Below are positions 28,221-42,489 of a DNA stretch of 64,000 nt, piece by piece. This stretch comes from Lytechinus pictus. Taxonomy: Eukaryota. Below the pieces are notes generated by a model. That model did no database searches. It was not told the origin of the DNA and worked only from the letters and a program-made list of their open reading frames with translations. Where the stretch lies: the NCBI RefSeq assembly GCF_037042905.1, contig NC_087250.1, forward strand, positions 5,334,001 through 5,398,000, given 5' to 3'. The translations under genes were made by a program, and so were the position numbers. How positions within the stretch are numbered: position 1 is the stretch's first letter; the number at the start of each line of letters is the position of its first letter.

Positions 28221-28459
28221 CACTGTAAAAACTGTGGTGTTAAAACTGACACCAATTGGTGTTAATAGAGGACCACACCCTGAGGTGTTAAAATAACACC
28301 CTTGAGATTGAACATAACACCAAAGAGTGTAAATTTAACAACCATAGGTGTTGTAATAACACCTATAGGTGTAAAACTAACACCACCAATTTAACACCGG
28401 TGTAAAATAACTGGTGTGGTCCTCTATGTACACCGGTTAACACCACAGTTTTTGCTGTG
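28221..28459. mobile_element. CMC/EnSpm-like MITE
   Basis: AA|CACTGTAAAAACTGTGGTGTTAA ... TTAACACCACAGTTTTTGCTGTG|AA; repeated AACACC motifs. Confidence 0.75.
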
Positions 28460-30976
28460 AAGGTGGCGGCATATAGGTCACGGTGCAATGGAACAATTGT
28501 TATTCTGAATAACTATAACATTATTATTCTGAACATAATATAACCTTTCAATAATGTTTAGTTTTCAATTTCTCTTTAAAGATCCGGCGAAATCCCAAAT
28601 ATGAACGTAGTGAACCTGACTAATACAACGGGGATATGGAGCAAGTAGAACATTAAGTGTAACGTGGAAGCTTTGCTACCCTTGGTTTCACGCGTAGATG
28701 CGATCGTCAGGCGGTCTGATGTCCATTCCAGGCATTGTTGTGGTAATACAAAAAATCAACAGCTCAGATCAAACAACGAATGAATAACAAATCAATATAA
28801 AAAATTCCATTCATGCGAATAAATTGTCAATTTAATTCAAAATAAGAATCCAAAACTGCTTAAAACTAAAACACAATTGCATAATACTAACGAATAACTT
28901 TGTTGATATCGCCAAATGCAACCGTAGTAAACCACCTTTTCTCCACTTTTTGATATATTTTGGCCTGTTAAAAGAAACAAATCCATATCATAATTTCATA
29001 AAGAAAAATATGAAAGTCAATTTAAATTGTTCATTGAAACATCATTGGCATCTGCCAAATATGAGAATACAAACTTATACAAAACCTGAAAAAACAACAT
29101 ATAAACAATTTGGATTTTTTTTTTGAAAACAAATATAACACAAGGTAGAACAATGTATAATGAATTGTTAAATACAAATAATTTTTGATAGAATAGAACA
29201 GTATACTATACACATATAATTATGCACATGACTTTATCTGATATTTCCCTCGAGATATTCAGTTTATTTCAGGATTATCAACATGCGATTTTTCCTAATG
29301 CCTTAAATTAAGTGTTAATTTTTTTTAATCAACGGTGAACATTATAAACAAAATAGCAAAAAAATTACGAACTGTGTTTTCTGCCAGGTTTCTGGTTAAC
29401 TCACTAGTACTTGTTTTTTTTTTCAGCTAAGAACATTTGATTGGAACCTTTGGAATAAAACAAAACCCGCGTAACTATTTCAAAATTCCATTAAATCGTC
29501 ATATGAAATAAGGGATATATACGTGAGTTCTTACTTTCTTTCGAATTAAAATTATATTTATTTTCACCAAAGATGTACATGCAAATCACAAATGACATTA
29601 CGTTTTAATTTGATTTTCCCCATATTTCACATATAAGCATAATAAAAAGAAAAACCAGTATAACATCATAAGATTCAACGTGATGTATAAATATATCATT
29701 CAGTACTTTAAATAATACAGGAATTTGAAATCAAAGACAATTTAAAGTATATGGTAAAATATGAGAGAACCTGCATAAAAAGCAACAGTTGTTCAGTGTG
29801 CAGGATCAAAACTAATATGGAGAGGACAATAAATCGATTGCAAAACGTTACAATTATTAGTATATAAAGAATAGACATACAAATGATGTTCACACTATTA
29901 CTCAGCCAGAGCTTTTTTTTTGGTAAAAGTAACTGTACAACCTACAAAGGAAAATCGTAAGAACAAAAATCAACATCAATTTGACCGTACATCTGAAAGC
30001 CGCTACAACTGTTCATGGACTTGTGTTCGCAAGATCCTTAATAGACAGATAGAAGAAGGGTCCCACTTCCCCGATTGAAGGGAACAAAAACAAAGGACTC
30101 ACCACAGCCCAGAAAATGGGAAAATTCTCGTTCTGATTCACTAATAATAACAGTGTAAATGAATATTTATAAAAATGTTGATATGCTCAACTACACATTA
30201 CAGTTTCTAGCAAGTAAATCGGAAACAACACTGAATCTACAAGGTTAGAAATACAATTTGGTGAAAAAAATTGACAGAGGTAAGTATGGCAGAGGCAAAA
30301 ACGGCAGACGTAAACTCCCATGGTATATATCGTTAGCATAAATCCCCGGCACATAAGAAAAGTTTTAAGACTTAAATAAATTCCAATTATAATGTGGAAC
30401 TTATAGAAAGGGTAATATTTTGTTCATCTGCACAAATTTGGGAACCCTCCGGGGTGGTGTGTCCTATTTTCTCTTCCTGGACTTATACTAATAATGATAA
30501 CAATAATGATAATAAAGATAGTGATAATGATAACAATAACAATAATAATAATAATAAACAGTTCTTTTATAGCGCATATCACAATTAGGAATAATGTCTC
30601 TATGCACTTCCAAAGAACTTACCCCAGCTGTAGCTTGGCAGCCCCTGCAAATTTTTTCTTTTGCCATTTTACCTCTGTTGTTTTTAACGCTGTCATTTTT
30701 AACTCTCCCATTATTACCTGTGCAACTTTTACCTGGCTGTGATTTCAATGTTATGATTTCCCTGAGATAAATCCTAGCCATGCAGTATGTTATATCTTTA
30801 AACAATAATAAAAAAAGAGAAAATGTTCTGCCTTGAAGCGATTTACAAAGAGTCATGTTTTTTTCTTTCGTTTTCGATATTTATTAAAATTAAAAGGCTT
30901 GGGGTTCGACTTGGAATCCAACAAATAATTCCGAACCATATATCGGTAACACTGCTCCATAATGATTGAATTTTAA

Positions 30977-31909
30977 GGACGTTCCACAGTTATGTTTGTG
31001 CGCATTATGATCTGCGCATAGTTTACACTCTGCTCGCTGACGTCACAATGGATGAACAGGTGATTTATAAGGGGCGGGTATGAGCTGATTTTTCTCATCT
31101 TCTGCACTTTAACTGCAGATCAGATGCATTATTTCATGAAGCTAAAAAATGGAATTATTCCATGGATCATTACAAAAAATTCTCTACAATTTCAAAATAC
31201 TTAATTCTGCAGTGCTGCTAAGAATCACGAATATTACCCCGAGTTTGAATAAATGGTGAAGTGGTTTTGATTTTTTCCTCACATAGATACAAAGCATTCG
31301 GCGCATTTTTGGTGTTTTAAAAAGCACATTTGCTCTAATAAAAATGCTGATAGTTTAAAAACAAGCACATGAACCCCTATTTTTTAATGTTTGTACCTCT
31401 TAGGTATACCTTCCTCTACAACTCGGCAAATTTTGGTGAAAATGACATGGATTTTGAATAAAGTGCAGCATTTATTGTACTTTTGTATTTTGTTACTGAA
31501 ATTTCACATTTTTAGATTGGGATTTTGTTTTCTTTTACGCCATTTTTAAGAACTGACAGTGCTGTTAAACTTAAAATTGCAAACAAATAGCACTATAAAT
31601 AGATTCTCCATCATAACGATACAATTATTAACTCTCTTGCGAAATTTGATGACTTTTTCATGTATTTTGACTGAGTAATAGAGGTTTAAACTCATTGTAG
31701 TTATCTCGGGCGGTCTAAAAATGCCAAATTCTATTGAATGCGCAATTCTTAAGAACATCAAGTTGGGTGAACTTTGAAGCACTATAGCCAAAAACCAAGC
31801 ACATGGACCTATGTAGATTTTTGCACATTTCGAATATTATGGTTCTCAAGTATCTATGTGCAAAGTTTGGTGAAAATGACGTAAATTTCACTTTAACTGT
31901 GGAACGTCC
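30977..31909. mobile_element. Kolobok-like non-autonomous element
   Basis: TTAA|GGACGTTCCACAGTTA ... TAACTGTGGAACGTCC|TTAA: perfect 16-bp TIR and TTAA TSD. Confidence 0.85.
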
Positions 31910-33039
31910 TTAAATGGACATGGTGGTTCAATTGCAGAGCGTCCGCTTCCGGAATGGGGGGGGGGGGGGTCGTAGGTTCCATTTATTTATTTATTTCTGA
32001 TATTTTGACAGGGTAGCCCATTCACCAATAAGTAGTGGTCTTCCATGGGGCCGTGAATAACAATAAACATATTTACAAAATGCTTAACGTATGTACAGAA
32101 TGTTACAGCATTGAGATTCACATTAGGATTTGAATGTAAAACGAAACATTAACAAACTTAGCAGCAAACAAAACGTAGACGGGCACCCGTTTGACGTATA
32201 ATCAAATCCCCGGCCGAGTCATACCAACGATTAAATTTTTTTTGCGAGGCGCTCATAATGTAAAATTCTCTTAGCATTGTATAGAAAGAGAATTGTTATC
32301 TCATTTGAGGGGGAATGTTGAATTGCATGTGATTACGCAACATGCTGTTGTTGCTATGTTAGGTGGAAGGGAGATTTCGGGTTAGCTTTCATTCGCGGTC
32401 ATCACACCATACAGGGCAGTAGCATATTTTTCGCTCTTAACTACATAATGGATACAAATCGGAGTTTAGTAACTCCAACCCCAATGCAGCGTTGGTGAAT
32501 CTGGACTTGATATAGTCCTAGATTCTAAATTGGAAAAGCTGAAAAGCGAATATTTTTATTATCTGAAGAATCCAGCATGCAGCTCGACGCTGCAGTGAAT
32601 GGTGCGAAGACAACCTCTAAAACATTTAAGAAAAAGGCTGTCAGCGCCAATTCGATCTCAACTAAGATGGATGTGGAAATATCGAAGAAATCCCCAAATT
32701 TATCGATAACGGAAAGTTCCAGCGTTCTCAGAGAAGCGGAGATGCACTTCAGGGAGGAAACAAACCATAAGATTGGAAAGATAAGTATCGAAAATACTTG
32801 TTTATCATTTGGAAAAGATTACGAGACTAAATCTTCCATGTTGAATTTAGAATCTGTCGGGGCTGTAGGCCTTTTGAAACGATGTAAATTACTGGTATGA
32901 TAATTTTAATCCACCGACATTTTGTGAAAGACATCTGAAATCATGGTTATGTTATCCGTTCAATTAACATGATTAAGACCCTGACACCTAGGGCATATTT
33001 AAAAAATAACAGATCTAGCCTAAATCATTCAGATTTCGT

Positions 33040-34580
33040 TGTAAAAGCTATCGAAAAGCTCCTAGAAACGGAAAATATAAAGGAGCATTTTTCTCCACCA
33101 CTGATGTTGTTAATCCGTTAACGGTATCGGAAGGAAAGAAACTTCGACTTGTGTTAGACTTAAGACACGTATACCAATTCACACATAAGTTCAAATAAGA
33201 GGAACTTCGAATTTTGGCGGACATGTTTTCACGTAATTTCTTTTTCTTCACTTTCGATTTGGAATCCGGTTATTACCATACTGAACCACATCAGATGTAA
33301 ATATTCTTAGGTTTTAGATGGGAATTTGGGGAGTTTGGCACCCGTTACTTTGCATTTTCTGTTTTACCATTCAAAAGGTCTCAATACAGCTAGTCATTGT
33401 TTCACGAAAATGCTGAGGCCATTAGTCACAAGATGGCGTTCTATGGGCCATAGCGCAATTCTTTATATCGACACGGAATTTCAAGTCATTCCGATAGGTA
33501 TCTGCTCTCGCTGCAAGTCAGATTGTCTGAAAAGATTTTGGCTTGTCAGGACTTATAAGTCAGCTAGCGAGTCTAAAAGCCTTTTTACTCCCCCAACAAT
33601 CGGGTCAATGGTTAGGCTTGCTGATTTATACAGTTTCTATGCAATTTTCCCTACCAGAGAAAAGATACAGAAAACACAAGATTCCATCAGTCATCTTTTG
33701 ACTGCCCCCACCCAATTTGTCTCTGTTCGAGAAATTGCACGCACTGCTGGTTTAATCATTTTAGAATTCGAAGCCATTAATTGGGTCCCTCGCCAGGCTT
33801 TTCTCAATACACATGTGCATGACTGTGGAGTCACGTGATTCCTGGTCAGGTGGAGTTTTGTTGTCCGCAGGTACTAAGGTCGAACTTTAATTTTGGCACA
33901 ACTTGGTTTCCGTCAATGCTACTTCAGCAGTATAATTAGTCGCTAGCGGTTCGGGTTACGGGGGCTTTTTCAGTAAAATTCAACGATTCACTCTTTTCTA
34001 TAGTCTTCGGTCCGAATCAGAACAAAAGGAAATTAAGTTCAACAAACCGTGAACTTCGTGCTATTCTTTATGTTCTAAGATCCTTGGGACCAAAACTATC
34101 TGGTCATAAGTTGAAAAGGTATTCCGACAGCCAAAATGCGTACAGAATAATTTCAGTGCTAGCACTAATTCTTTTTTGCATATTAATTTTGAGTATTCAA
34201 TTATACAACACATGTCTGGAATTCAATGTTACTTTCGAGCCAGAATGGCTTCCGTGCGATTCAAACCAGCGGGCAGATGAATGAAGTAGAATCATTGATC
34301 CAGATGATTGGTCTTTACATCGTAAAGTATTCGTAATGATCGATAGATCTTTCGGTCCACACTCGGAAGATAGGTTTGCATCACATTACAATTCACAATT
34401 ACCACGTTTCAATTGAAGTACTGGAATTCCAGTTGCGAACCTGCCGATTGTTTCACGCAAGACTGGACCGGGAAGAACAATTGGGTATGCCCACCGGTGT
34501 CTGTATATAGTATTGAATGCCGAAAAACACATGATGAAGTATAAAGCAATCGGTACTGTCATAGTGCCTCAATGGCCAGT
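33040..34580 (+). pseudogene. RT / RNase H / methyltransferase-like pseudogene of the PAT-like element
   Basis: VVNPLTVSEGKKLRLVLDLRHV; FTFDLESGYYH; FTKMLRPLVTRWRSMGHSAILYID; ASGSGYGG; SSTNRELRAI; YSDSQN; NQRADE*SRIIDPDDW; DRFASHYNSQLPRFN; DCFTQDWTGKNNWVCPP. Several stops and frameshifts. Confidence 0.88.
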
Positions 34581-35654
34581 TTTCGCCAGACATCGGTCAT
34601 TTAAAAAAAAATAATAATAATAATAAATAAATAAATAAAATTGTTAGCACACATCGTGCTGCCTACCATTCAAGATTTACTAGTATGCATACTACCAGAC
34701 AAGCGTTTGTTTAACGGCCCACTATTCGAATTAATCGTTTTGAGATATGACTTTCTAATGGCATGAGTCCACTCTTGTCCACAAGCGACAATCATGACAA
34801 TATGTAATTTGAATTAAATTGAATTATTTCTGAAGGTTCAGACACAAAAAACTTTACGATTACAATCGGTACTGTCATAGTGCCTCAATGGCCCTTGACT
34901 ACCTTTTGGCCAGTCCTTTCGCCAGACTTCGGTCATTTTCGGAAATTTTTGTTAGCACACATCGGGCTGCCTACCATTCAAGATTTACGTATACTTCGCA
35001 GAGGGCAGGTTATTGGGTACAAATCAGGCAAGCGTTTGTTTAACGGTCCACTACTTTTCAAATTATTCGTTTTGAGACATGACTTCCAATGGTCCTCCTG
35101 TCCACGAGTGACAATATGGTAATTTGAATTAATTTGAATTAATTTCTGAAGGCTCAGACACAAAAACCTTTATCGGATTACAATCGGTACCGTCATAGTG
35201 CCTCAATGGCCCTAGACTGCCTTTTGGCCAGTTCCTTCGCCAGACTTCGGTCATTTTCGGATTTTTTATTTTTTATTTTTTTATTAGCACACATCGTGCT
35301 GACTACCATTTAAGATTTACGCATACTAAATCAGACAAACGTTTGTTTAACGGTCCACTACTTTTCAAATTAATCGTTTTGAGATATAACTTTCCAACGG
35401 CATGAGTCCACTCCTCTTGTCCACGAGTGACAATATGATAATTTGAATGAATTTGAATTGATTTCTGAAGGTTCAGACACAAAAAACTTTTACGATTGCA
35501 TGATACGTTATAACTATTTGTAAATTTCGGATCAATGACAGACAAAATTAAATACTCTATCATTTTGTATGGTATATGATTGATTTAATTTTCAGAATTA
35601 CAAATATTTTGCACTCGAAGTATACCGTGTCCATGAGAGACGGTTATAGATCTT

Positions 35655-36120
35655 AGCCCATGAGCGGCACATTATTAGCCCATGAGCGGCACATGATTAG
35701 CCCATGAGCGGCACATGCTTATACAATATAGAAATGGATCTTATACAAAGAAAATTATGGATTTTAGCCCATGAGCGGCACATACTTAATAATGGATCTT
35801 ATACAAAGACAGTTATGGATTTTAGCCCATGAGCGGCACATGCTTATACAAAATAGTAATGGATCTTATACAAAGACAGTTATGGAATTTAGCCCATGAG
35901 CGGCACATGCTTATACAAAATAGTAATGGATCTTATACAAACACAGTTAAGGATTTTAGCCCATGAGCGGCACATGATTATACAAAATAGTAATGGATCT
36001 TATACAAAGACAGTTATGGATTTTAGCCCATGAGCGGCAAATGCTTATACAAAATAGTAATGGATCTTATACAAAGACAGTTATGGATTTTAGCCCATGA
36101 GCGGCACATGCTTATACAAA
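35655..36120. repeat. 67-bp minisatellite inside the PAT-like element
   Basis: GCCCATGAGCGGCA occurs 9 times; 67-bp period at 35825, 35892, 35959, 36026 and 36093. Confidence 0.9.
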
Positions 36121-36699
36121 GATTGACGTCATGAAGTCTTATGTAGTTGTATTGTTGACGAACTGAGTTATATAATTTGGATTACAATTGCGATATATTA
36201 TATGCTGATGTTCAGAGTCAAAGATTGGATGTCGATATTCCGTGTTTTTATTATATGACCTACGACATTATCTTTGACATTTGTTTGGTAAATTAAACAA
36301 TAATAATTTCAGGTTTAGCCAATTCGGCGAAACTATATCATTTATAGTTCGAGCAACTGTCTTCCACATCTTGATCGATAAATCGACAGCGATACATATT
36401 GCAAATATTTTCAACTCTTAAGTATTATCTTAAGCTGTGTAATCCTTTGTTTTTGGTATCAAAGAAGGCAATGATAGCCGTACACACGTCCGCAATTTAG
36501 TCTTGTCAGAAAATTGTCCCGATTTGCAACTTTATTTACTGCCATTTCTTTTTCAGAATAAAGTTCTTATCTCTGGAACATGGGCCGAATCAGTTCTTCA
36601 GACACAAAGATTACAACCAACATGTATCTTCTTGAGTTAACGTCCTCTCCACAAGATTCCGTTTTGAAGTCCAAGGCACCTGCTACTATGGGCAAGTAC

Positions 36700-37200
36700 T
36701 TGGGTGGCTGGAAGCGTTAGAAGTTATTCACAAACCAACACGATCTACAGGCATTTCCCGTGAGGCCAGTACATCTAGTCTTATACGTTCAACACTTGGC
36801 GAAATCTGCAGCAAGCATTTCTCCGATCGACACCGCCATAGTATACGATAGGCACACACTCTGGCCGATATCCCACCACCTCCTACTGATAGCTCTATCA
36901 TCAAATCGGCCGTTGATCAATCTCGTTGAAGCCTAGCTAAATCAAAATCACCAAAAGAACCAACTACGTCTTCAGACTTAGCTCAGCTGGTAGCAGATAA
37001 AGGAGGTCAGGACACATCTGTGTCTGATCTTCGTCTTCTATATCCTTCCACTCTCGGAACGCACAGTTTACGAGCTGGCCGAGCAACGGAAGCCGCTTCA
37101 AGCTTCGTTAATGAGAGATGTTTTGCACGGCAAAGGACATATACTGAAAAGATTCAATTTCCAGCAAAATATCCGTTGCAAGAGCAATGAAGCTCTGAAT
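36700..37200 (+). pseudogene. Tyrosine recombinase remnant
   Basis: GTHSLRAGRATEAA (HxLR box) at about 37056-37100; upstream ...SDLRLL typical of DIRS recombinases; internally deleted. Confidence 0.7.
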
Positions 37201-40200
37201 TATAACGTTTTAATCATATGTCAAAAGGTCCAGCTCTTTCGTGCTGATTTTGTTTGTATGGGATAAGTTTGTTTTAATTTTCACTGTGCTGAAAATGGTA
37301 ATAGATTTTTCGTCATATTTGTCTTACTCTGGTTTTTCACGCGTAAAGACAAAGAGCAAATACTTTCACGGTTGTACTTTTAATAGTTTGGAAGTTCAAA
37401 TGTACAACATTGGCGTACAAATATGTTAATACTATAGTTAATACTAGTTAGTATAATTACTCCTCTTGATTCCATTCGATCTTTTACCTCGCATTATTTG
37501 TTTTGAGGTGTCGGTGACCGCACTCTCCCAAGAGTAAAACAATTATTAAACAAATTGATTACAAATATAACAAACAATTTTGTTTGCTTTTGTTTGTGTG
37601 AAGTAAGGAGACTGAAATGAGATTGTAAAATTCTCTTAGCATTGTATAGAAAGAGAATTGTTATCTCATTTGAGGGGGAATGTTGAATTGCATGTGATTA
37701 CGCAACATGCTGTTGTTGCTATGTTAGGTGGAAGGGAGATTTCGGGTTAGCTTTCATTCGCGGTCATCACACCATACAGGGCAGTAGCATATTTTTTCCC
37801 CCCAAGAATTCTTTTATCGCAGAGATTTATAAAACCATATTTTAGGGGGTCAAACAATTTATTTCTGTACAAAAATCGGAAAGGATTAGTAAAAACGTAG
37901 GATGACCTTGGAGCTATTTTCTTTGTTTGCTCGATCGCCTTAATGGGGTCGGATAGGAATTTCAGAGAATTTTCCTTATTTGGTTTAGCTCTGTTTTCGC
38001 CTATCTCAAGGTCCATGGTTTTGCTTGCAGTACGCAAGCAAAATCTTACAGTTATCAAGTTGAATGATAACTCAATTTCTAAGATTCGATAATTCAATAT
38101 TTTGATTATCGTTTCATAATTCTAATTATTAAGAAAATCCATCGTTCAGTTCAGTGTAACTGACATACGACCACTAAGATGTCAAAATAATATTGATGTT
38201 TCATGAATATGCAACCATTATACATGTTATATACGAGAGCAATATTCTTTAGAATGTGTAATCATGACGATTACTAGTATAGTCTTAGTAATTCAAATCA
38301 GCATGCAAGCTGAGTTAGATGCCAGTTGTTGCATTATGTTTTCGAGGTGTTGTTAATTTGAGGACGAAAGTGTTATTTGTTTTGAGGTGTCGGTGACCGC
38401 ACTCTCCCAAGAGTAAAACAATTATTAAACAAATTGATTACAAATATAACAAACAATTTTGTTTGCTTTTGTTTGTGTGAAGTAAGGAGACTGAAATGAG
38501 ATTTACAGTTTGCAAAGGGTAACAATAACATGTTAAGTTATGCAGGGCCCGCTGGTAGAGCCATATTTATCTCTGAAGTGCATGGCTACCCTAGGTAAAT
38601 ACACGTTATCATTATAAATATTATTATTGTTATTATTCTCTGACTTCTTAATAAGGCTATCATCCTTTCCACATAAGGAGATGTGATGGGTTAACTATTT
38701 TTCTCATTGTCATCCCGGAACATAATTGCAGTCATTGCATTGAGCTGAAATGTCGGTCAAGTCATACTGTAGATAGGGATTGGTTGTTGATTTCCGCAAT
38801 CGGGTTGACGAACAGGGTTTCTATTGAATTGAATTGAAAAGGTTTTTATTTAATATTGCACTTAGCACCCAAATGGGCTGAAATGTGAATAATTTACAAG
38901 AGTAAAATTCACATAACTGGTTAAAAACACAACTTGAAATAAAATAAATATAATCCACTTTAATACAGCCTGTGAACATGCACACAATAAGAAAAAAGGC
39001 AAAGTGAAATGTAAAGACTTTAACCCTAAATAGGCAGGGGGGGTATTGAATCAACCACCCCCTTGACATAGGCAGGGGGGGTATTGAATCAACCACCCCC
39101 TTGACATTTTCTGCGATCATTTCGCCGAGCGAAATTTTTTTGACCGCGCCACTCATCAAGTTTATACGGTTAAGTCTTGCGCATCTTTTGAGACCAATAC
39201 CGTGTTTACACTTGATCGGCTTTTGGTTTAGAACCAATTTAAGCCGATGCAGAATCGGCTTTTGGTTTATCTTACACTGCGTTTACACGCTGTTACAGCC
39301 TGCGGTTCAGAACCGCGAGCCGATGCAAAAACCTGAAATGATATACGCACCAACAATGTACCGTTGTACGTCATAATAAAGACTTACATTGACGAGTGGA
39401 TACCATGCGCGACCAAAAAAACACGTAAAAAGATGTCTTTTTAAGATAAGGCACGTTACATACGTAACGTAATAAGGGTTTCAAAAACACAAAAATAATG
39501 AAAAAAAAAGCCAGGGTATCTATTTTCGCTAAGAAAGCTTCGTATTTAGGGTCAAATTTGTGAGGGTACAGAAACTTAAGACTAAAATGTTTTATAAAGG
39601 ATGTCCTTTTTGCCCCCAAAAGTACGTGTTTAGAGTACGATTTGCGCGAGATGTGAGGAGATGGGTCTATACTAAACCCAATCAAGTAAAGGTAAAACCG
39701 ATACCAATTGAAATGTCGCTGTACTTGTTTAGGGGTCCAATTGGGGGAATACTTGCCACAAGTGTCGTTTTGTTTCTGATACTTGTTAAGGGTCGGTTTT
39801 TACACGTCAATACTTGTAAAGATAATACTTGTAATACTTGTCAAGATAGGGCACGTTACGTACGTAACGTGATAAGGGTGTAAAAAATACTAAAATAATG
39901 AAAAAAAAGGGCTAGGAAATTTACGTGTTTAGGGTCAAATTTGCGAGGGTATAAACAATCAAGACTAATATAAAGGATGTACTTTTTGCCCCAGCAGGAG
40001 TCAGCACCACTACGTGTTTAGAGTACGATTTGCGCGAGTTGGGCTGTACTAAACCCAATGATGTAGGTAAAGGTAAAACTGAGGACCGACGTCCGTGTTT
40101 GAAACATCGCTGTACTTGATTAGGGGTACAATTCAGGGAATACTTGCCAATAGTATCGTTTTGTTTCCAATACTTGTTATAGTCTAGGAGATAGGGGGCT

Positions 40201-41616
40201 TTATTCAGAATTTTTGGTGTGAAAGGTTTGACAGGCTTATCCGGGGTAAAATTGTGTGCTGATTCCAAAAATGTCAGTCTTATTGACCGTACTCACGACA
40301 TTTTGGCCCATTTTTGACCAAAAATGACCATTATGACCACTCTTTGGAAAATGGTCCCTTAACAGACTGCTTTTGTGCCCACATTTAATTAAAAGGGTCT
40401 ATCCTAAGTAGAAATGCACCCAGATTCCAGATAAAGTGGTTTCATTAGCCAAATCACAATAGAAGTGGTCATTTTGGCCACGTTTTGACCAAAAATGACA
40501 ATTTTGATGATTTTTTTTGTCCGAAATGTGTTACAAATATTGATCAGAACTACGATTGGATGGCTTTAGAAATCCACATTTATTTTAAAAATGTGCGCTA
40601 GATCATAACAATCAACCTCATGTAATTTATTCCATCAGTTTTGACTTATGAGGGTCATTTTTGATACTTTAGACAGAACTGACCATTCGCTCAGTTTTGC
40701 ATAATAAACTGTGCAAATCGGCAGGAATTTGAGGTCTTCAGCTTGTTTAATATTCTTCTCTTATAAAATAAGAATGCATTTTAAGTTCTATCTTGTGTAG
40801 AATTTTATGCTGATTCCAAATATATCACTATTAATGATCCTATTGAAAAGCTGATGGCCATTTTGGCCACTTATGTAACGTAACGTGATAAGGGTGTCAA
40901 AAATACTAAAATAATGAAAAAAAGGGCTAGGAAATTCACGTGTTTAGGGCCAAATTTGCGAGGGTATAAACAATCAAGACTAATATGTTAATCAAAACTG
41001 GTGGAATTAATGTCTTTGTTGTTGCTTTAACTTATACGGCGTGTATAAAACATTTAAACAATCTTCCAAATCAAGATCCCAAAATTAATACGTCTTAATG
41101 TTGAATAACATAGAAGTTTAGCGTAGTCTCTCCTCCAGACCCAAATATTTTAAATAGCAAATAAAAAATAATAGATAATAATAAAAAAAGACCTCACGAT
41201 CTTATTAATGTTGAAGAAAATGTAAATATAGCGTAGTCTTTCCTCCAGACCCAGATATTTCGAAAAAAAAAATCATTAAATACAAAAAAAAACAACACAA
41301 TATTATTAATGTTGAATAAAATGAAAATATAGTGTCGTCTTTCCTGTAGACCCACTTATTTCAAAATCACAAATCACTTCTTAAAGAGTCAAAAAGTAAC
41401 TAAGACCCCACTTTCTTATTAATGTTCAATAAGATGGAAAGACTTTGAACTTATACTATATTTTTTTAAACCACCGGGTCTGGAAAAAAGACTTTGGACT
41501 TATATTATTAATTTTGAATTAACCGGGTCTGGAAAAAGACTTTGCACTTTTGTGCTACATGAACGTATTACTATAGGATTTTAGTTTAGAACGGATTCGC
41601 CAAAAATCCCTTCAAC

Positions 41617-41818
41617 TTTATTACATTTGTGGGTAAAACCGTGATTACATTTGTGGGCGATCAAAAATTATTACATTTATGGGTAAAGTGCATTATTACA
41701 TTTGTGGGTGAAATTATTACATTTGTGGGTAAAGTGTTATTACATTTGTGGGCGTTATTACATTTGTGAGTGAAGTGTTATTACATTTGTGGGCGATTAT
41801 TACATTTGTGGGTGTAAC
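41617..41818. repeat. Tandem TTATTACATTTGTGGG repeats, about 9 copies
   Basis: 16-bp core with short variable linkers. Confidence 0.85.
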
Positions 41819-42439
41819 AGGGGGGCATGTAGGCTAATTCTGACACAGGGACATACAGGCCTTCTCGGTTTTAATTTTTTTAAGTACCATTTTATTTTTA
41901 CAATATCGAATGCATTCTTCACCAGTGCATTTATTTAAATTTGACAAATAAACCAGGATTTTTCACCGAGAAATAAGCCCCCCCCCCCGAAAAGGAGCGA
42001 AACTTGGAGGAGAGGGACATCACTTTCAAGCCCCACCAGTAGTAGAACCGTCTGCGCACTTAATTTTATGTCTGTATTGACGAATCTTAGGAAAAGGGCC
42101 ATTATCACATGCATGACCATTTTACCCCCCCCCCAAAAAAAAAAAAAACCCACACACACATACTTTTTATATCATTATTTTAAATCAATCATTTCGTAAT
42201 TGCATAAGACTACACTACTATCAGCTCTGCTATAGCTTGCAGACTCGACTCGTATGGTAGGCAGAAAGTGGCTATTTTGATACGCGATTACCCTCCCCTA
42301 TAGCGTAATCGCTTTGGACGATAAGGTTTATAGTGCTCTCCGAGGTCGAAAAAAAAATTAAGTTCACGAACATGACTTCAGGTCATGTGACTGAAGTGCC
42401 CTGACTTGAGGTCAACTCTCAGGTGTGCATTTCGATTGA

Positions 42440-42489
<50 letters not shown>

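Larger units (their letters stand above)
32259..38503 (+). mobile_element. PAT-like (DIRS order) tyrosine-recombinase retrotransposon, coding region decayed
   Basis: Split direct repeats: A1 32259-32431, B1 37494-37624, A2 37624-37796, B2 38373-38503. Remnants of RT, RNase H, methyltransferase-like and tyrosine recombinase domains occur in that order. Confidence 0.88.
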
